Source of the DNA: a virus
Lineage: Duplodnaviria; Caudoviricetes
Virus record (IMG/VR): IMGVR_UViG_3300048881_000698
Location: 32,001 to 96,000 of that record
DNA length: 64,000 nt
Strand: one strand, 5' to 3'
The translations under genes were made by a program, and so were the position numbers. The notes beneath the pieces were generated by a model. It was not told the origin of the DNA. It ran no database searches and worked only from the letters and a program-made list of their open reading frames with translations. Shown piece after piece: positions 27,403 through 37,200 of the stretch (positions are counted from its first letter, which is position 1; every line of letters begins with the position of its first letter).

Positions 27403-27479
27403 TGGTACGCCCGCCTGGACTTGAACCAGGGACTTCCACCTTATAAGAGTGGCGCTCTAACCTACTGAACTACAGGCGC
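27403..27479 (-). tRNA. tRNA-Ile, anticodon UAU
   Basis: GCGCCTG acceptor stem, D arm TAGTTCAGTAGGTTAGAGC, anticodon loop CTTATAA, T loop TTCAAGT, encoded ACCA; 77 nt. Confidence 0.92.
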
Positions 27480-27491
27480 TTTGATAATAAT

Positions 27492-27520
27492 ATATTACCT
27501 TATTTTTTATCTGTTGTCAA
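27492..27520 (-). promoter_or_regulatory. sigma70-type promoter for tRNA-helicase-nrdJ
   Basis: TTGACA-N17-TAATAT. Confidence 0.7.
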
Positions 27521-28480
27521 GCAAAATCTTTTCATCGTTCTGAAAAGACCTGTCCAATCATAGACTCCGAACCCATCTTCATTCATCATACAAATAATTT
27601 CAGTTTTATTAAACTCGCACTTGAAGTTCTCAACAATGCTTTTGATTTTTTGTTTTCCTTGCACGGAAATAATTGGGCAGTACAACTGCATGATTTTATA
27701 GTTTTCCTTAATCGCATCTTCTCCTCCCAAAATATTTTTATAAATTTTTAAATCACTATCGACGTTGTCACACTTCTCTATTACCTGCCCAAGAGTACAA
27801 TCTTCTTCTTCTTTAAAAAAAGGAAACCTCTTAGCTATCGTTTTTAGGCCGGCTCCTGGTACACCTTTAAGGTTATCGCTCTTGTCGCCGCAAATAGCCC
27901 TTGCAAGGGCGAAGTTGGTCGGATGAATGTCAAACCGCTCAAGAATGGTTTTCTTGCTTAAGACCTCTTTCTGTACAGGTCTGAATAAAACCGTCTCGTC
28001 GTCACACAATTGGAAAAAGTCTTTGTCACTACTCACAATAACTTTTTGAGAGCCTTTTAGAGACGGCAGCTGAGCTATGAAAGAAATAATATCATCGGCT
28101 TCAACTTCAGGAAGCACCAGCTGAATGACCGGCAATTCATTAAGATACTCAGCTAGTCTCGTCTGCTGCCAAATCTTATTTTCTAGTTCTTCATTCTCTG
28201 ATAAATTTCTAATATCTCTGTTAAGTCTAATGGGTTTTCTGCCTTCCTTGTAGTTCTTATTAACAGCCTTCCGCTTACGAGACCCGCCCGGGCCATCCCA
28301 AGCAACAACGATACTGTCAGGTTTAGTCTCCCTGATTAGCTTCTGTAATATTTTTAAAAAGCCTTTCACTCCGCCAATCGGTTGCCCATTTGTAGACAAG
28401 CTAGGATCTACAATGTAAGACCTGAAATACATATTCAAAGCATCTATTATCAGTACTCTATTTTTCTTAGTTGCTGACAT
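27500..28480 (-). CDS. 5'-3' exonuclease / flap nuclease (T4 RNase H or Pol I N-terminal domain type)
   Basis: LIIDALN, VAWDG, YKEGR, EADDII, SSDKDFFQL, GDKSDNLKGVPGAGLKT; start MSATKK after AGGAG. Confidence 0.93.
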   Translation of the reverse strand: MSATKKNRVLIIDALNMYFRSYIVDPSLSTNGQPIGGVKGFLKILQKLIRETKPDSIVVAWDGPGGSRKRKAVNKNYKEGRKPIRLNRDIRNLSENEELENKIWQQTRLAEYLNELPVIQLVLPEVEADDIISFIAQLPSLKGSQKVIVSSDKDFFQLCDDETVLFRPVQKEVLSKKTILERFDIHPTNFALARAICGDKSDNLKGVPGAGLKTIAKRFPFFKEEEDCTLGQVIEKCDNVDSDLKIYKNILGGEDAIKENYKIMQLYCPIISVQGKQKIKSIVENFKCEFNKTEIICMMNEDGFGVYDWTGLFRTMKRFCLTTDKK

Positions 28481-28763
28481 ATTTGCTCCTAAATTTCTCC
28501 AGTATCTTGAAGGACTTTGATTTCTTTTTCTCGTCGATGACTCTTTTGACTGCCGGTAAACAACGTTCCCAAAAGTGCTCAAAATATTCTTCTGAAAGTT
28601 TGGCTAGTGTCGGAGTCCAAGAAAGCTTTATTGGAGTTTTGTTAACTAGAAGTGTTTCTTTTTCTTTCTCGTGAAAAACCAGCCCTTCAATTTCTTCCCT
28701 GACCAATTTAAAAGAAATGTTTGGAAACAATTCACGTAACTTTTCTAAAAATTTCTCTTCCAT
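28467..28763 (-). CDS. Hypothetical protein
   Basis: 98-aa ORF in the operon. Confidence 0.55.
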   Translation of the reverse strand: MEEKFLEKLRELFPNISFKLVREEIEGLVFHEKEKETLLVNKTPIKLSWTPTLAKLSEEYFEHFWERCLPAVKRVIDEKKKSKSFKILEKFRSKYVSN

Positions 28764-28765
28764 TT

Positions 28766-29893
28766 CTATACTTCTTGCGGTTCTTCTTCTATATCATAAA
28801 ACTCTGCTGCGGAGCCTTCTCTTTTATCAAACTTAAGAATTACTTCTTCGTCCATTATCTCCAGCACTCTGTCACGAAATTTCTGATTTTTTAGCATCTC
28901 TTTCCACTTAGACGGTTGAAATTTTTCAAGAGTAAGATCAGCATACTCAAGCGAATACCATGCTCCGCTTTGCTTAAGGTGGTCAGAGCCTTTAACCGCC
29001 TCAAACCAACTATCCTCGTCCTGAATTCCTATGCTGTCGCCCCAAAGTATCTTGAAGGTGGCTTGCCTACCCTGAGTCCCAAAACGGCTCTTCTTGAGCG
29101 TCGCTTTCACCTCTGAGCCTATCCTAAATCCTCTTTCATCTAAGATATAGGAAGCCTTTGCTTTTCGACCTGTAAGCCAAATGCGAAGCGAATAAGAATA
29201 TATCATAGCTTTGCCGCCAGGTGTCATATATGGTTCCACCATCGCCTGAGAAGGCGAACTGGTGATGTTTGTCTTAAGTTGGTTGAGTACAAGAAATGTA
29301 GACTGACTATTTGCAATAGGCACAGTTAATTTAGACATACCTTTTGCAAGAATACGAGCCTTAACAGCCATTGAAGACTGTGGGTTGAAGTCGCCCTCTA
29401 CATCGCTAATAGCTGGCGTTAAGGCCAGGCTATCCCAGATAAACAACATTCTATTATCGTTGGTACCAAGAAGATCCTCAATGGTTTCAAGAACAAATTC
29501 AACATTCTGTGCCTGAACATACAAAAGATTTTCCAAATCACAGCCTGTGCGTTCAAGAAAGCCCGGGTCAATTGCGGACTCTGAATCGAAATAAATTACG
29601 TCAATGCCCATTTTTTGAGCGTTAGCAGCAATTTGTGCCGCCATATAACTTTTACCCGAAGATTCTAAGCCAGCAATTTCGACAACTTTTCCCATGGGTA
29701 TACCAGCTAGCTGGCCACGACAAACAATTGAGTCTAACCAACGGGAACCAGTTGAAATCCACTCCTTTACTTCTGTTGGGTTTTCATCCTTTAAATTATG
29801 TGCAAGTGATATGCCGGCTTTTTTGTTAATCAAGTTACGCATATCTGATATAGAAAGTTTTCCTGCTTTCACTTTATTTTTTGTTCTTGCCAT
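28766..29893 (-). CDS. RecA/UvsX recombinase
   Basis: WISTGS, GLESSGKS, YFDSE, IWDSLA, LNQ, TPGGKA; start MARTKN after AGGAG. Confidence 0.95.
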   Translation of the reverse strand: MARTKNKVKAGKLSISDMRNLINKKAGISLAHNLKDENPTEVKEWISTGSRWLDSIVCRGQLAGIPMGKVVEIAGLESSGKSYMAAQIAANAQKMGIDVIYFDSESAIDPGFLERTGCDLENLLYVQAQNVEFVLETIEDLLGTNDNRMLFIWDSLALTPAISDVEGDFNPQSSMAVKARILAKGMSKLTVPIANSQSTFLVLNQLKTNITSSPSQAMVEPYMTPGGKAMIYSYSLRIWLTGRKAKASYILDERGFRIGSEVKATLKKSRFGTQGRQATFKILWGDSIGIQDEDSWFEAVKGSDHLKQSGAWYSLEYADLTLEKFQPSKWKEMLKNQKFRDRVLEIMDEEVILKFDKREGSAAEFYDIEEEPQEV

Positions 29894-29912
29894 GTTCTCC
29901 TCTGTATATATG

Positions 29913-29958
29913 AAAAGGGCCCTGGTCAGACCTGGGAGGGACAATACGACCAGGGCCC
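29913..29958 (-). terminator. Hairpin plus U-tract between the SSB and recA genes
   Basis: GGGCCCTGGTC...GACCAGGGCCC followed by TTTT on the minus strand. Confidence 0.6.
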
Positions 29959-29977
29959 CTTCTCTATTTGAGCACTA

Positions 29978-30724
29978 TTATGAACTCAATAGATCTTTAA
30001 AAGCAGAATCTACTTCGGAAACATTTTCTGAATTAGACGTATACACTGTCTCTACAGAACTATCTTCTGTCTGATCTTCACTAGAAAGATACTCATCAAG
30101 CATCACCCCAACTTCTTCTGGGGTTTTGCGAGTGAACACTTTGTCAAACTCCGGAATGTTATCCAGCATCTCGCGCGAGCGCTCCCCATCATCACTGAGA
30201 GGCGTGGACTTGCGTCGAGGTGTGATAGATGTTTGAGGAAAGGATGCTCCCGCGGGCTTTCCATATCCGATAATAAGATCTGTACCTTCTTCGGCATCTG
30301 TGATATCCCCGTACTCTGGATTAAGTACAAGGCCCAGCAGCTTTTCATATGCTGTCTTACCATAACCCCAAAGACGAACGCCTTTGTGCTCTTCTCCTCG
30401 AACTACGACAGGGGAAAAGAAACGGCGACGGGCCATGAGGTCTTTTGCCATCTTTACACTGTCGTCAGTGTTCTCGTTGAAAAGCTCGCGGACGAAGCTG
30501 TCGAGAGGATCGTCCTCCCCAAAATTCTTTTTGGGACTGAGGAATCCAGGATTATTACCTAAGTTGTAATGAAACCAGTAATCCTTAAATGGATCTCCAT
30601 CTGACGTAGGGACAATACGAATCGTTTGTTCTCCGTCGTTTGGGCGCCAGAAAACAGATTCTCCGTTGCCTTTGTTTTGGACTTGGCTAAGTCTATTTTT
30701 AATTTTTTCTAAATCAATACTCAT
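29978..30724 (-). CDS. Single-stranded DNA-binding protein (gp32-like)
   Basis: FWRP...IRIVP...WFHY...LWGYGK...YGDITD...G.DL; acidic C-terminal tail. Confidence 0.85.
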   Translation of the reverse strand: MSIDLEKIKNRLSQVQNKGNGESVFWRPNDGEQTIRIVPTSDGDPFKDYWFHYNLGNNPGFLSPKKNFGEDDPLDSFVRELFNENTDDSVKMAKDLMARRRFFSPVVVRGEEHKGVRLWGYGKTAYEKLLGLVLNPEYGDITDAEEGTDLIIGYGKPAGASFPQTSITPRRKSTPLSDDGERSREMLDNIPEFDKVFTRKTPEEVGVMLDEYLSSEDQTEDSSVETVYTSNSENVSEVDSAFKDLLSS

Positions 30725-30784
30725 ATTTTTGTATCTCCATGTTGGTTAAAGTCAGAATGACTAATCTCTCATTCTGCTATGTTT

Positions 30785-30813
30785 ATAGTACCACAATTAA
30801 TTTTATTTGTCAA
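30785..30813 (-). promoter_or_regulatory. sigma70-type promoter for the SSB gene
   Basis: TTGACA-N17-TACTAT with an extended -10 TG. Confidence 0.8.
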
Positions 30814-30822
30814 GTACTTTTT

Positions 30823-31686
30823 TCATTTTTGTATCTCAAGACTGTGACCTAAAAGATATAGATAATCTTGTTCGTAGTCCGTAGAAAAAATACCGTAACT
30901 GGCTTTGACTTCGTCGTCTGTTTGGTCTTGGATTTGTTGTTTAATTTTTTTCATGAGTCGTCCATCGGACTGCAATTTATTTTTATTTATAGCATAATAA
31001 TATCGTATTTCATCCACGTTGTCAAGAGAGAAAAACAATTTTATATCACTCTCAGGATTCGATATTCCAATCGTAGAAACTCTCGCTGCCTCATGTGGTG
31101 GAGAGAACGTATCTGAAACCGAATCAAGGCGATCATATACATTTATCATATGAATAGTAGAAGAAATCAGTTCATAAATTCTTTCGTAGTATTCTGATAA
31201 TGGTAGATCTTCTAAAAAATCTTCGATTGCCGGAGTATCGACGAGAAAAATTCTTTCAAATACTCCCGATCTTGTGTATTCTTGTAACACATTGAAAATT
31301 ACTCGCTCATTCATTAAGTTTTTTTCTGCTATGTATTCTATATCCGGCCTAACATATAAGATTTTAATTAAGCAATTCAAACTTTTCAAAGTCTCGAGTA
31401 CTCTTAGCGAAGTCGCAGAGATAAACTCTGCACCATTGACAATGAACAAAGCTTCCCCTTTTATGCCTTTAAAAAAATATTCCATATCAGGGCAGTTTTT
31501 TTCGTAGGCTTCTGGGCTTTCTTGTTTTAACATGCTGTAAATTCCGTCTTGAGGGAAGTCCCCATAACCAGTTTTTTTAAGACCCTCTAAACCGACATCA
31601 ATTTTATAAATTTTATACTGATCATATTTTGTAAATTGATCTGCAACTAAACATCCAGTTTTTCCCAGCCCAATTATATTATTCAT
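30823..31686 (-). CDS. Tubulin/FtsZ-fold protein with degenerate signature motif
   Basis: IIGLGKTGCLVADQF (T1 loop), YKID, LFIVNGAEFISATS (signature position), ILYVRP, IFLVD. Confidence 0.6.
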   Translation of the reverse strand: MNNIIGLGKTGCLVADQFTKYDQYKIYKIDVGLEGLKKTGYGDFPQDGIYSMLKQESPEAYEKNCPDMEYFFKGIKGEALFIVNGAEFISATSLRVLETLKSLNCLIKILYVRPDIEYIAEKNLMNERVIFNVLQEYTRSGVFERIFLVDTPAIEDFLEDLPLSEYYERIYELISSTIHMINVYDRLDSVSDTFSPPHEAARVSTIGISNPESDIKLFFSLDNVDEIRYYYAINKNKLQSDGRLMKKIKQQIQDQTDDEVKASYGIFSTDYEQDYLYLLGHSLEIQK

Positions 31687-32873
31687 TATAGTTTTACCCT
31701 TTTCATCTCTCCAAAGCTTTTACCTACTGAAGTATTGACTACAAATTTACCTAGTTCTGTTTCTGAGAATATTTCTTTAATCTCGGGAATCAAGTGCTTT
31801 TCATCTTCTGTGAAGTCGACTACTAGACTATCGTGTAAGCAAAAACTTATAAATGATTTTTTATCTTTCAAAAAATTATGCACTTCAATCATCCTATTTA
31901 AGAACAAGTCGCTAGCCGTGCTCTGAATTATATAATTTAACGCGTGGTGTTTATCAGCAGGTATAGTTCTGCCAAAGAAGGTTGACACTTGTGCCCCGTT
32001 GAAGTACTTTTTGAGCACAAAATTCCTATCATAAGTTTGACCAGAAAGATAGTCTTTCGACTCTGGATTGTAAAGCCATGCAAAAATTCTTTGCTTTGCT
32101 TCTTTTCTTGATGTTGACCCCCTGTAAACATTCTTGGCATTCCACTCATGAATATCTTCTTTTGGTTGTTCTTTATCTGACAGAGCTAAAAGCGTTCGGA
32201 GTTCCGCAGCGTTGAAATCGAACTCAACAAACCGATCATTTTTTGGTTTCATGATAGAACGATACTCCTTAGCCAGTGTGAGAATGGGGAAGCTATTTTT
32301 CTTTGTTGTCAGCCTCCCCGTCTTTGTGCCAAAGATGTCATATTTTATATAAGGTTCGATGCCTAATATTTTATTGCGCATCTGCCTAGTTTTAAATTTA
32401 TAGATTGTCTTGTCTAAAGGGGAAAGATCAATGTTCAACTTTTGGTTCTCTATTTCACAGATAACCTTAGATAAACCTAACAAGAAATCATAATTTTTTG
32501 GTTCTTTGTAATTTTCAAAGACATGTTTTGTTATTTTATTTTTGACGTCGCAAAATTCTAACAAGAATCTCTCAGGGACTAAATCAAAAAAACAATTCTC
32601 ATTCAAATCAACTTTAGCTTGTTCGAAAGACCTTAAAAATGCTTTAAGCTTATCCGATATTGTTGACCAGCGTCCCTCTAAGTGCTCTGGTAAAGCGGCT
32701 TCAGCAGAAGTCCTACCACAATAGAGCCCAGCATATTTAATATCATGTCCATCAAGGTAAGGGGCATAAGACCAAGTTCCACTAAGAACTTCAGGAAAAT
32801 TTTCTTTATATATTCTACCATTGCAATAAATCCCAACGCAATCTTCTTTGTTATCTAATGTCTGGAATAACAC
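31686..32873 (-). CDS. Compact family-A DNA polymerase domain
   Basis: TKTGRLT, motif A DFNAAELR, motif B RKEAKQRIFAWLY, NYIIQSTASD, motif C LHDSLV. Confidence 0.85.
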   Translation of the reverse strand: MLFQTLDNKEDCVGIYCNGRIYKENFPEVLSGTWSYAPYLDGHDIKYAGLYCGRTSAEAALPEHLEGRWSTISDKLKAFLRSFEQAKVDLNENCFFDLVPERFLLEFCDVKNKITKHVFENYKEPKNYDFLLGLSKVICEIENQKLNIDLSPLDKTIYKFKTRQMRNKILGIEPYIKYDIFGTKTGRLTTKKNSFPILTLAKEYRSIMKPKNDRFVEFDFNAAELRTLLALSDKEQPKEDIHEWNAKNVYRGSTSRKEAKQRIFAWLYNPESKDYLSGQTYDRNFVLKKYFNGAQVSTFFGRTIPADKHHALNYIIQSTASDLFLNRMIEVHNFLKDKKSFISFCLHDSLVVDFTEDEKHLIPEIKEIFSETELGKFVVNTSVGKSFGEMKRVKL

Positions 32874-32888
32874 CTTAATACCATTTGT

Positions 32889-34205
32889 TTAAACACAGCC
32901 TTGATAATTTTGACACAATCTGGTATCAGCTTGTGATTTCAAAATTTTAATTACATTATTAATATAATTCATTGTTGAGTTTTTGTCAAGTCTTTTCATT
33001 ATCAAGCCTGCATTTTTTAATATTCGCTTGTAATCAGCTTGTTGTATAGTGAGGCTTTCTTCCTGTATTCTTGCTCTCAAACATATTTCAATCCAGTACC
33101 CCATCTTGTAATCTCTTTCGAGCGCCTCTCTTGTTAGTTTATATCGCCTTTTAAAACTTTTAGTCAACTTTTCTGTCTTGCAAGAGACATTAACAATTTC
33201 AGAAAACGTTGGCGTGTTTGTTACGTAGTTATTATACCAGTTGTAAAAAATTTCTTTAAGCTCTTCGGCATCAGTGAGGTGTGTTTTTTCGTAGTACTGT
33301 TTGAACAAGTTGGAGGCACTGCCGGCGTTGATCACGAGGCCAAATCTTTTTTCTCTTTTTCCATAAGTTTGCATTATTTCTTTATCTTCTTTTCCTGCTT
33401 CTCTACCTTCCGTTATCTGTTCAGTACTTGGAAACACCGTTCTTTCCCACCGGTCTTGTATTTGTGTAGAAGAAATATCTGCGACTAATCTCCATGGCAT
33501 ATACTTGTCAACTAAAAATCCATATTTTATAGCAGTGTTTTTATAGAAACTAAAATTTGAATCAGAAATCCATTTCGATGCATTTTCGCTATCATTTGGA
33601 TTCAATCTGTCTAGTTCTATCATCATCCCGCTTATAAGAGGTGAAGCTAAATTAGATTTTAAGAAGCCCGTTTTTGTTAAAGGAATTTCATGCCCAAAGA
33701 AGTCATAAAATTTTTTAAATTGGTCCATGTAACCGTCAAAGTTTATAACTTTCTTATATCTTTCACTGCCTGGTAAAAAAGTATCTGTGAAAATGCCAAA
33801 AACATTTTCAAGATGTTTGTCGTATTCGAATTGAGGATCTATCCATCCAGCCTTCGGCTCTAATTTAATCATTTCTTGCACGCCGCCGGTGGCCAGCCTT
33901 TGGAATGCCGTTGCTTTCCTAAAGTGTTTTTGCATATCTCTAAAAGCTTCCGCTACAAAATTTAAAGCAAAAACAGGAGGAGACACAGAATCTAACTGTT
34001 TTATTGTAAAAACGTCACCATCTTCCATGTTGCTCTTGGGGATCTCTTTGTTAGTTAACATAACAGCATTTTGATTCTCATCGACTCTGCCATACAGCCC
34101 CACATCGTATTGAAAGTCAATAGGCTTTACACCATCAGGATAACCTTTCTCCTTAATGGTCCGGTTGTGGAAAAAATTAGAATATGAATTAAATGATTCT
34201 GCCAT
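32889..34205 (-). CDS. Hypothetical protein at the end of the baseplate cluster
   Basis: 438-aa ORF. Confidence 0.7.
   Translation of the reverse strand: MAESFNSYSNFFHNRTIKEKGYPDGVKPIDFQYDVGLYGRVDENQNAVMLTNKEIPKSNMEDGDVFTIKQLDSVSPPVFALNFVAEAFRDMQKHFRKATAFQRLATGGVQEMIKLEPKAGWIDPQFEYDKHLENVFGIFTDTFLPGSERYKKVINFDGYMDQFKKFYDFFGHEIPLTKTGFLKSNLASPLISGMMIELDRLNPNDSENASKWISDSNFSFYKNTAIKYGFLVDKYMPWRLVADISSTQIQDRWERTVFPSTEQITEGREAGKEDKEIMQTYGKREKRFGLVINAGSASNLFKQYYEKTHLTDAEELKEIFYNWYNNYVTNTPTFSEIVNVSCKTEKLTKSFKRRYKLTREALERDYKMGYWIEICLRARIQEESLTIQQADYKRILKNAGLIMKRLDKNSTMNYINNVIKILKSQADTRLCQNYQGCV
32961..32989 (-). promoter_or_regulatory. sigma70-type promoter for the polA-tubulin pair, inside the upstream gene's 3' end
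   Basis: TTGACA-N17-TATATT. Confidence 0.7.
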
Positions 34206-34235
34206 CTCTAAATAAATATCACAAATTATTATTTT

Positions 34236-37200
34236 TTACTTGTTATTCGGATTTGTATCGATAGAAACACTTCTTTTTGTGCCCCCGAAAGAATTCCAAA
34301 TACAATTTGCGTCAGTTGTCCAATCAAACTTGTTTCCTCTAAGGATTAATGAGTTTCTGACTTTCGTAATGAAAAAATACCCTCCTAGTCCAAGCCTGCG
34401 TGAAGGAGAATGTAGGGTACCCGGGAGCCCAAAATGAGGAAGTCTAATGTAGATATATTGACCAGGTTTAATTACTGTATTGCCATAAATACTAAAATTG
34501 CATTTATACGGCTCACTTAGTTCTATGGGGTCATCTTTGAATCCCGATTGTGCACCTTTGGCCTCTAAGTACCAGGGCATATCTTGTTTATCAAAGCTTA
34601 TACTTTCAACAGGAGTGCCATCTGTACCCACTTCTAAATAGAGAATGCCATTTTTAATATCTTTAGCTTTGTCACCGCTTAACAGGGTCACTGCGGTGTC
34701 CGTAGTCGCACAAACATAAATAATTTCTTGCGCATTTTTTTGGGTATCCTTACCAAAATTCTCATAAATGCTCTGGCTCTCAGTCAGGGGCGCGAGCATG
34801 TGGGCATGTTCCTTAAGACGCTGCACAGCACCATCAGTCTGATGTGTTTCATGCGCTACGGCAGGGTCACCCGCGGCTGGCACGGTGTCGCGTATCTGGG
34901 CTCTCCACACTCTATCTGCTCCGCGTTCGTCATTATCTGCAGCTGAACTAACAAAATCTCCTACTGGTCTAGCAGCATAAACTTTCCTTGGCGCGTCTGA
35001 GGCGAGAGATATGTGAGCAATATGAGGTCTAATTCCCATTACTGGTTCACCAGTTAGCACACATTTGTTAGTGAGGGCCGCGACAACTAATTCGTTCATT
35101 GCATCTTTTAAAAATGCTTTAAAAGAATATTTTTCTCTCATCTCGTTAACGACGTGAGCAAACCAAAATTCTCTAAACAACTCATAAGATATTGGTAAAT
35201 CCGTTAAGTTGATTGTCACTGGTTTACCTTCTATGGGGTCAAGGTAAGTAACATCCCCCAAAATCACCCTTAATGCACCGGAAGAATGTGGCTTGTATAT
35301 CGGTTGATCGCTGCTATCATAGTTTGGGGCATACCATATGTCTAAACCCATCCCATCTCTAGCTCCGGAGCGAACTATATTTAAAGCTGCGTCGATTAAG
35401 TCCCCAAAATAAAACCAAGTGATGTTTTTCATCCCGCGGGTGGGAGCCTTCGACTTATTCTGGAGGTTTTTTTTCGCCTGTTGAAATTTCTTTGCCGGGA
35501 CAGCACCTTTAGTTCTTTTTCCATCAACGTAGGTTTGCACATTATTTGTGTAATTTCCGGCTTTTGTTTTGTCGCGTTGGACGAGTTTTCCGCTGCTGTG
35601 CTCGACCTTATCATGAAGTTTTTTCAAGATCCTTTTTCGCATTTTGTATACACTATCAGTGCTACCGGCAACGCCATAGTTTACGCGGGCGTCTCGTCTT
35701 CGTCTTACTTCTTCTATTTTAGCGCGGGATTTTTCTCCTCCGCCCTCTTGCCCAATTTCTTTAATCTCCTCTTGTTCGGCTTCTGTAAGCATTCTCTCGA
35801 CGCTTATTTTTCTCCATGGGAGGATGTCCGCTGAGGCATCCAGAGCAATAGTATATATTCTACTGGGCCTAGTTACATTCGTAACGCCCGGGCGGCCTTT
35901 TTTTTCTGATAATTCCTCAAGAATTCTTCCGTATCTTCGTGCCCTAATTTGTGCATCGCTAATACCATGTTTTCTAAGTTCCTTGTCCCACATTCGTTTG
36001 GTTATATAATACGCATGAAAAACATCGACCATAGGATGTTTTTCGCCGTAGCCCCAGGTCTTTAACGCTGAGGACTTAAACCGGCTGGTATTTATTCCAG
36101 TCTCCTCGGGATTATAATCTCCGCGGTTGGTGGGAAAGGCTTCCGAAAAGGAACCCATGATTTCAAAAAGCTCTTCGCTCTTTTTATGCTTCAAAGTCTT
36201 CGACCCCGCGAGGCCGAAGCCTTCTTTGTCTTCAAAGAAAGTAGAAAAATTATATTTGGAAGGATCGAAACTGCCGTCATTATTGGAATTGTTTATGATC
36301 TTCTCATGGAGCGTTTGCAACCACATGTAAACCGGTTCCTTCCTAAGCTTCTCAAGCTTTTCGTTCGAGTGCTCTTCAGATCTTAAAATGTTAGCGTCTC
36401 TCGAGTATAGCGCGGACTCCACAGCACCATTATATTTTATATCCAGTTCAAACGGACCAGAGGGGACGTCTGAACGGAAACCAAAAGTGTGTCTTAGGAG
36501 ATTAAGGAAAAAGCTCACCTTGACACTGCTGATTGCTTTACGAAGATTCTCGGCATATTCCTTGCTGGTCTCTTTCCCAAACATGGATAGTTCTTTATGC
36601 GCCGACTCCAGAAACTCGTCAGTTGGCGGAGCATAGCCAATGTCTATCCGGATTCTAAAATATTTAGGATCCCATGATAAATGTCCAGGTTGTGGGTGTT
36701 GAGGATCATAGCCCCACGTGGGCCTTGTAATTAAATCTGCGAAAGAAACGTATTCATGCTCTAGTCTTCCGTCGGACCAGGCGCCTGTTTCATTAAGAAC
36801 TTCTTTCACGGCTGGCGGCAGAGGATACTTATGAAACATGGCGTCGACAGTTGAAAACCAAAGTTTCATCTGAACGTCTATGAAGTAATCAACCTCCGCT
36901 GGATTGGTACCCAGATAATCATAAGAAAATTCTTTTAACCCAACTCCTAAGTGCCCGGGCGAGGCAGCGTTGAGTCCAGAATAAGCAGCACCTTCCCAAG
37001 TAGTGCCCATTCCTTTGTTCTCCGAGGGGTTCAAAAAATTGTTAAATGGCAACTCTATTGGAACACCTTCTTTGTCCTCGGGACCTCTATAATAAATTTT
37101 AAAAATCTTTATCTCAGGTTGTAAATTGGCCATCAATTCTTTTGGTACACTTTCTATCATCATTTGTGCGTGAGGAGAACTAAGTTTGCTCACAAAAGTT

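Noticed and set aside
27380-27439. Helicase start at 27439 in the ORF track
   Set aside because: It overlaps the tRNA; the ATG at 27379 with an upstream AGAGGG is more plausible.
29894-29944. recA start at 29944 in the ORF track
   Set aside because: It lies inside the intergenic hairpin; the ATG at 29893 has an AGGAG Shine-Dalgarno.
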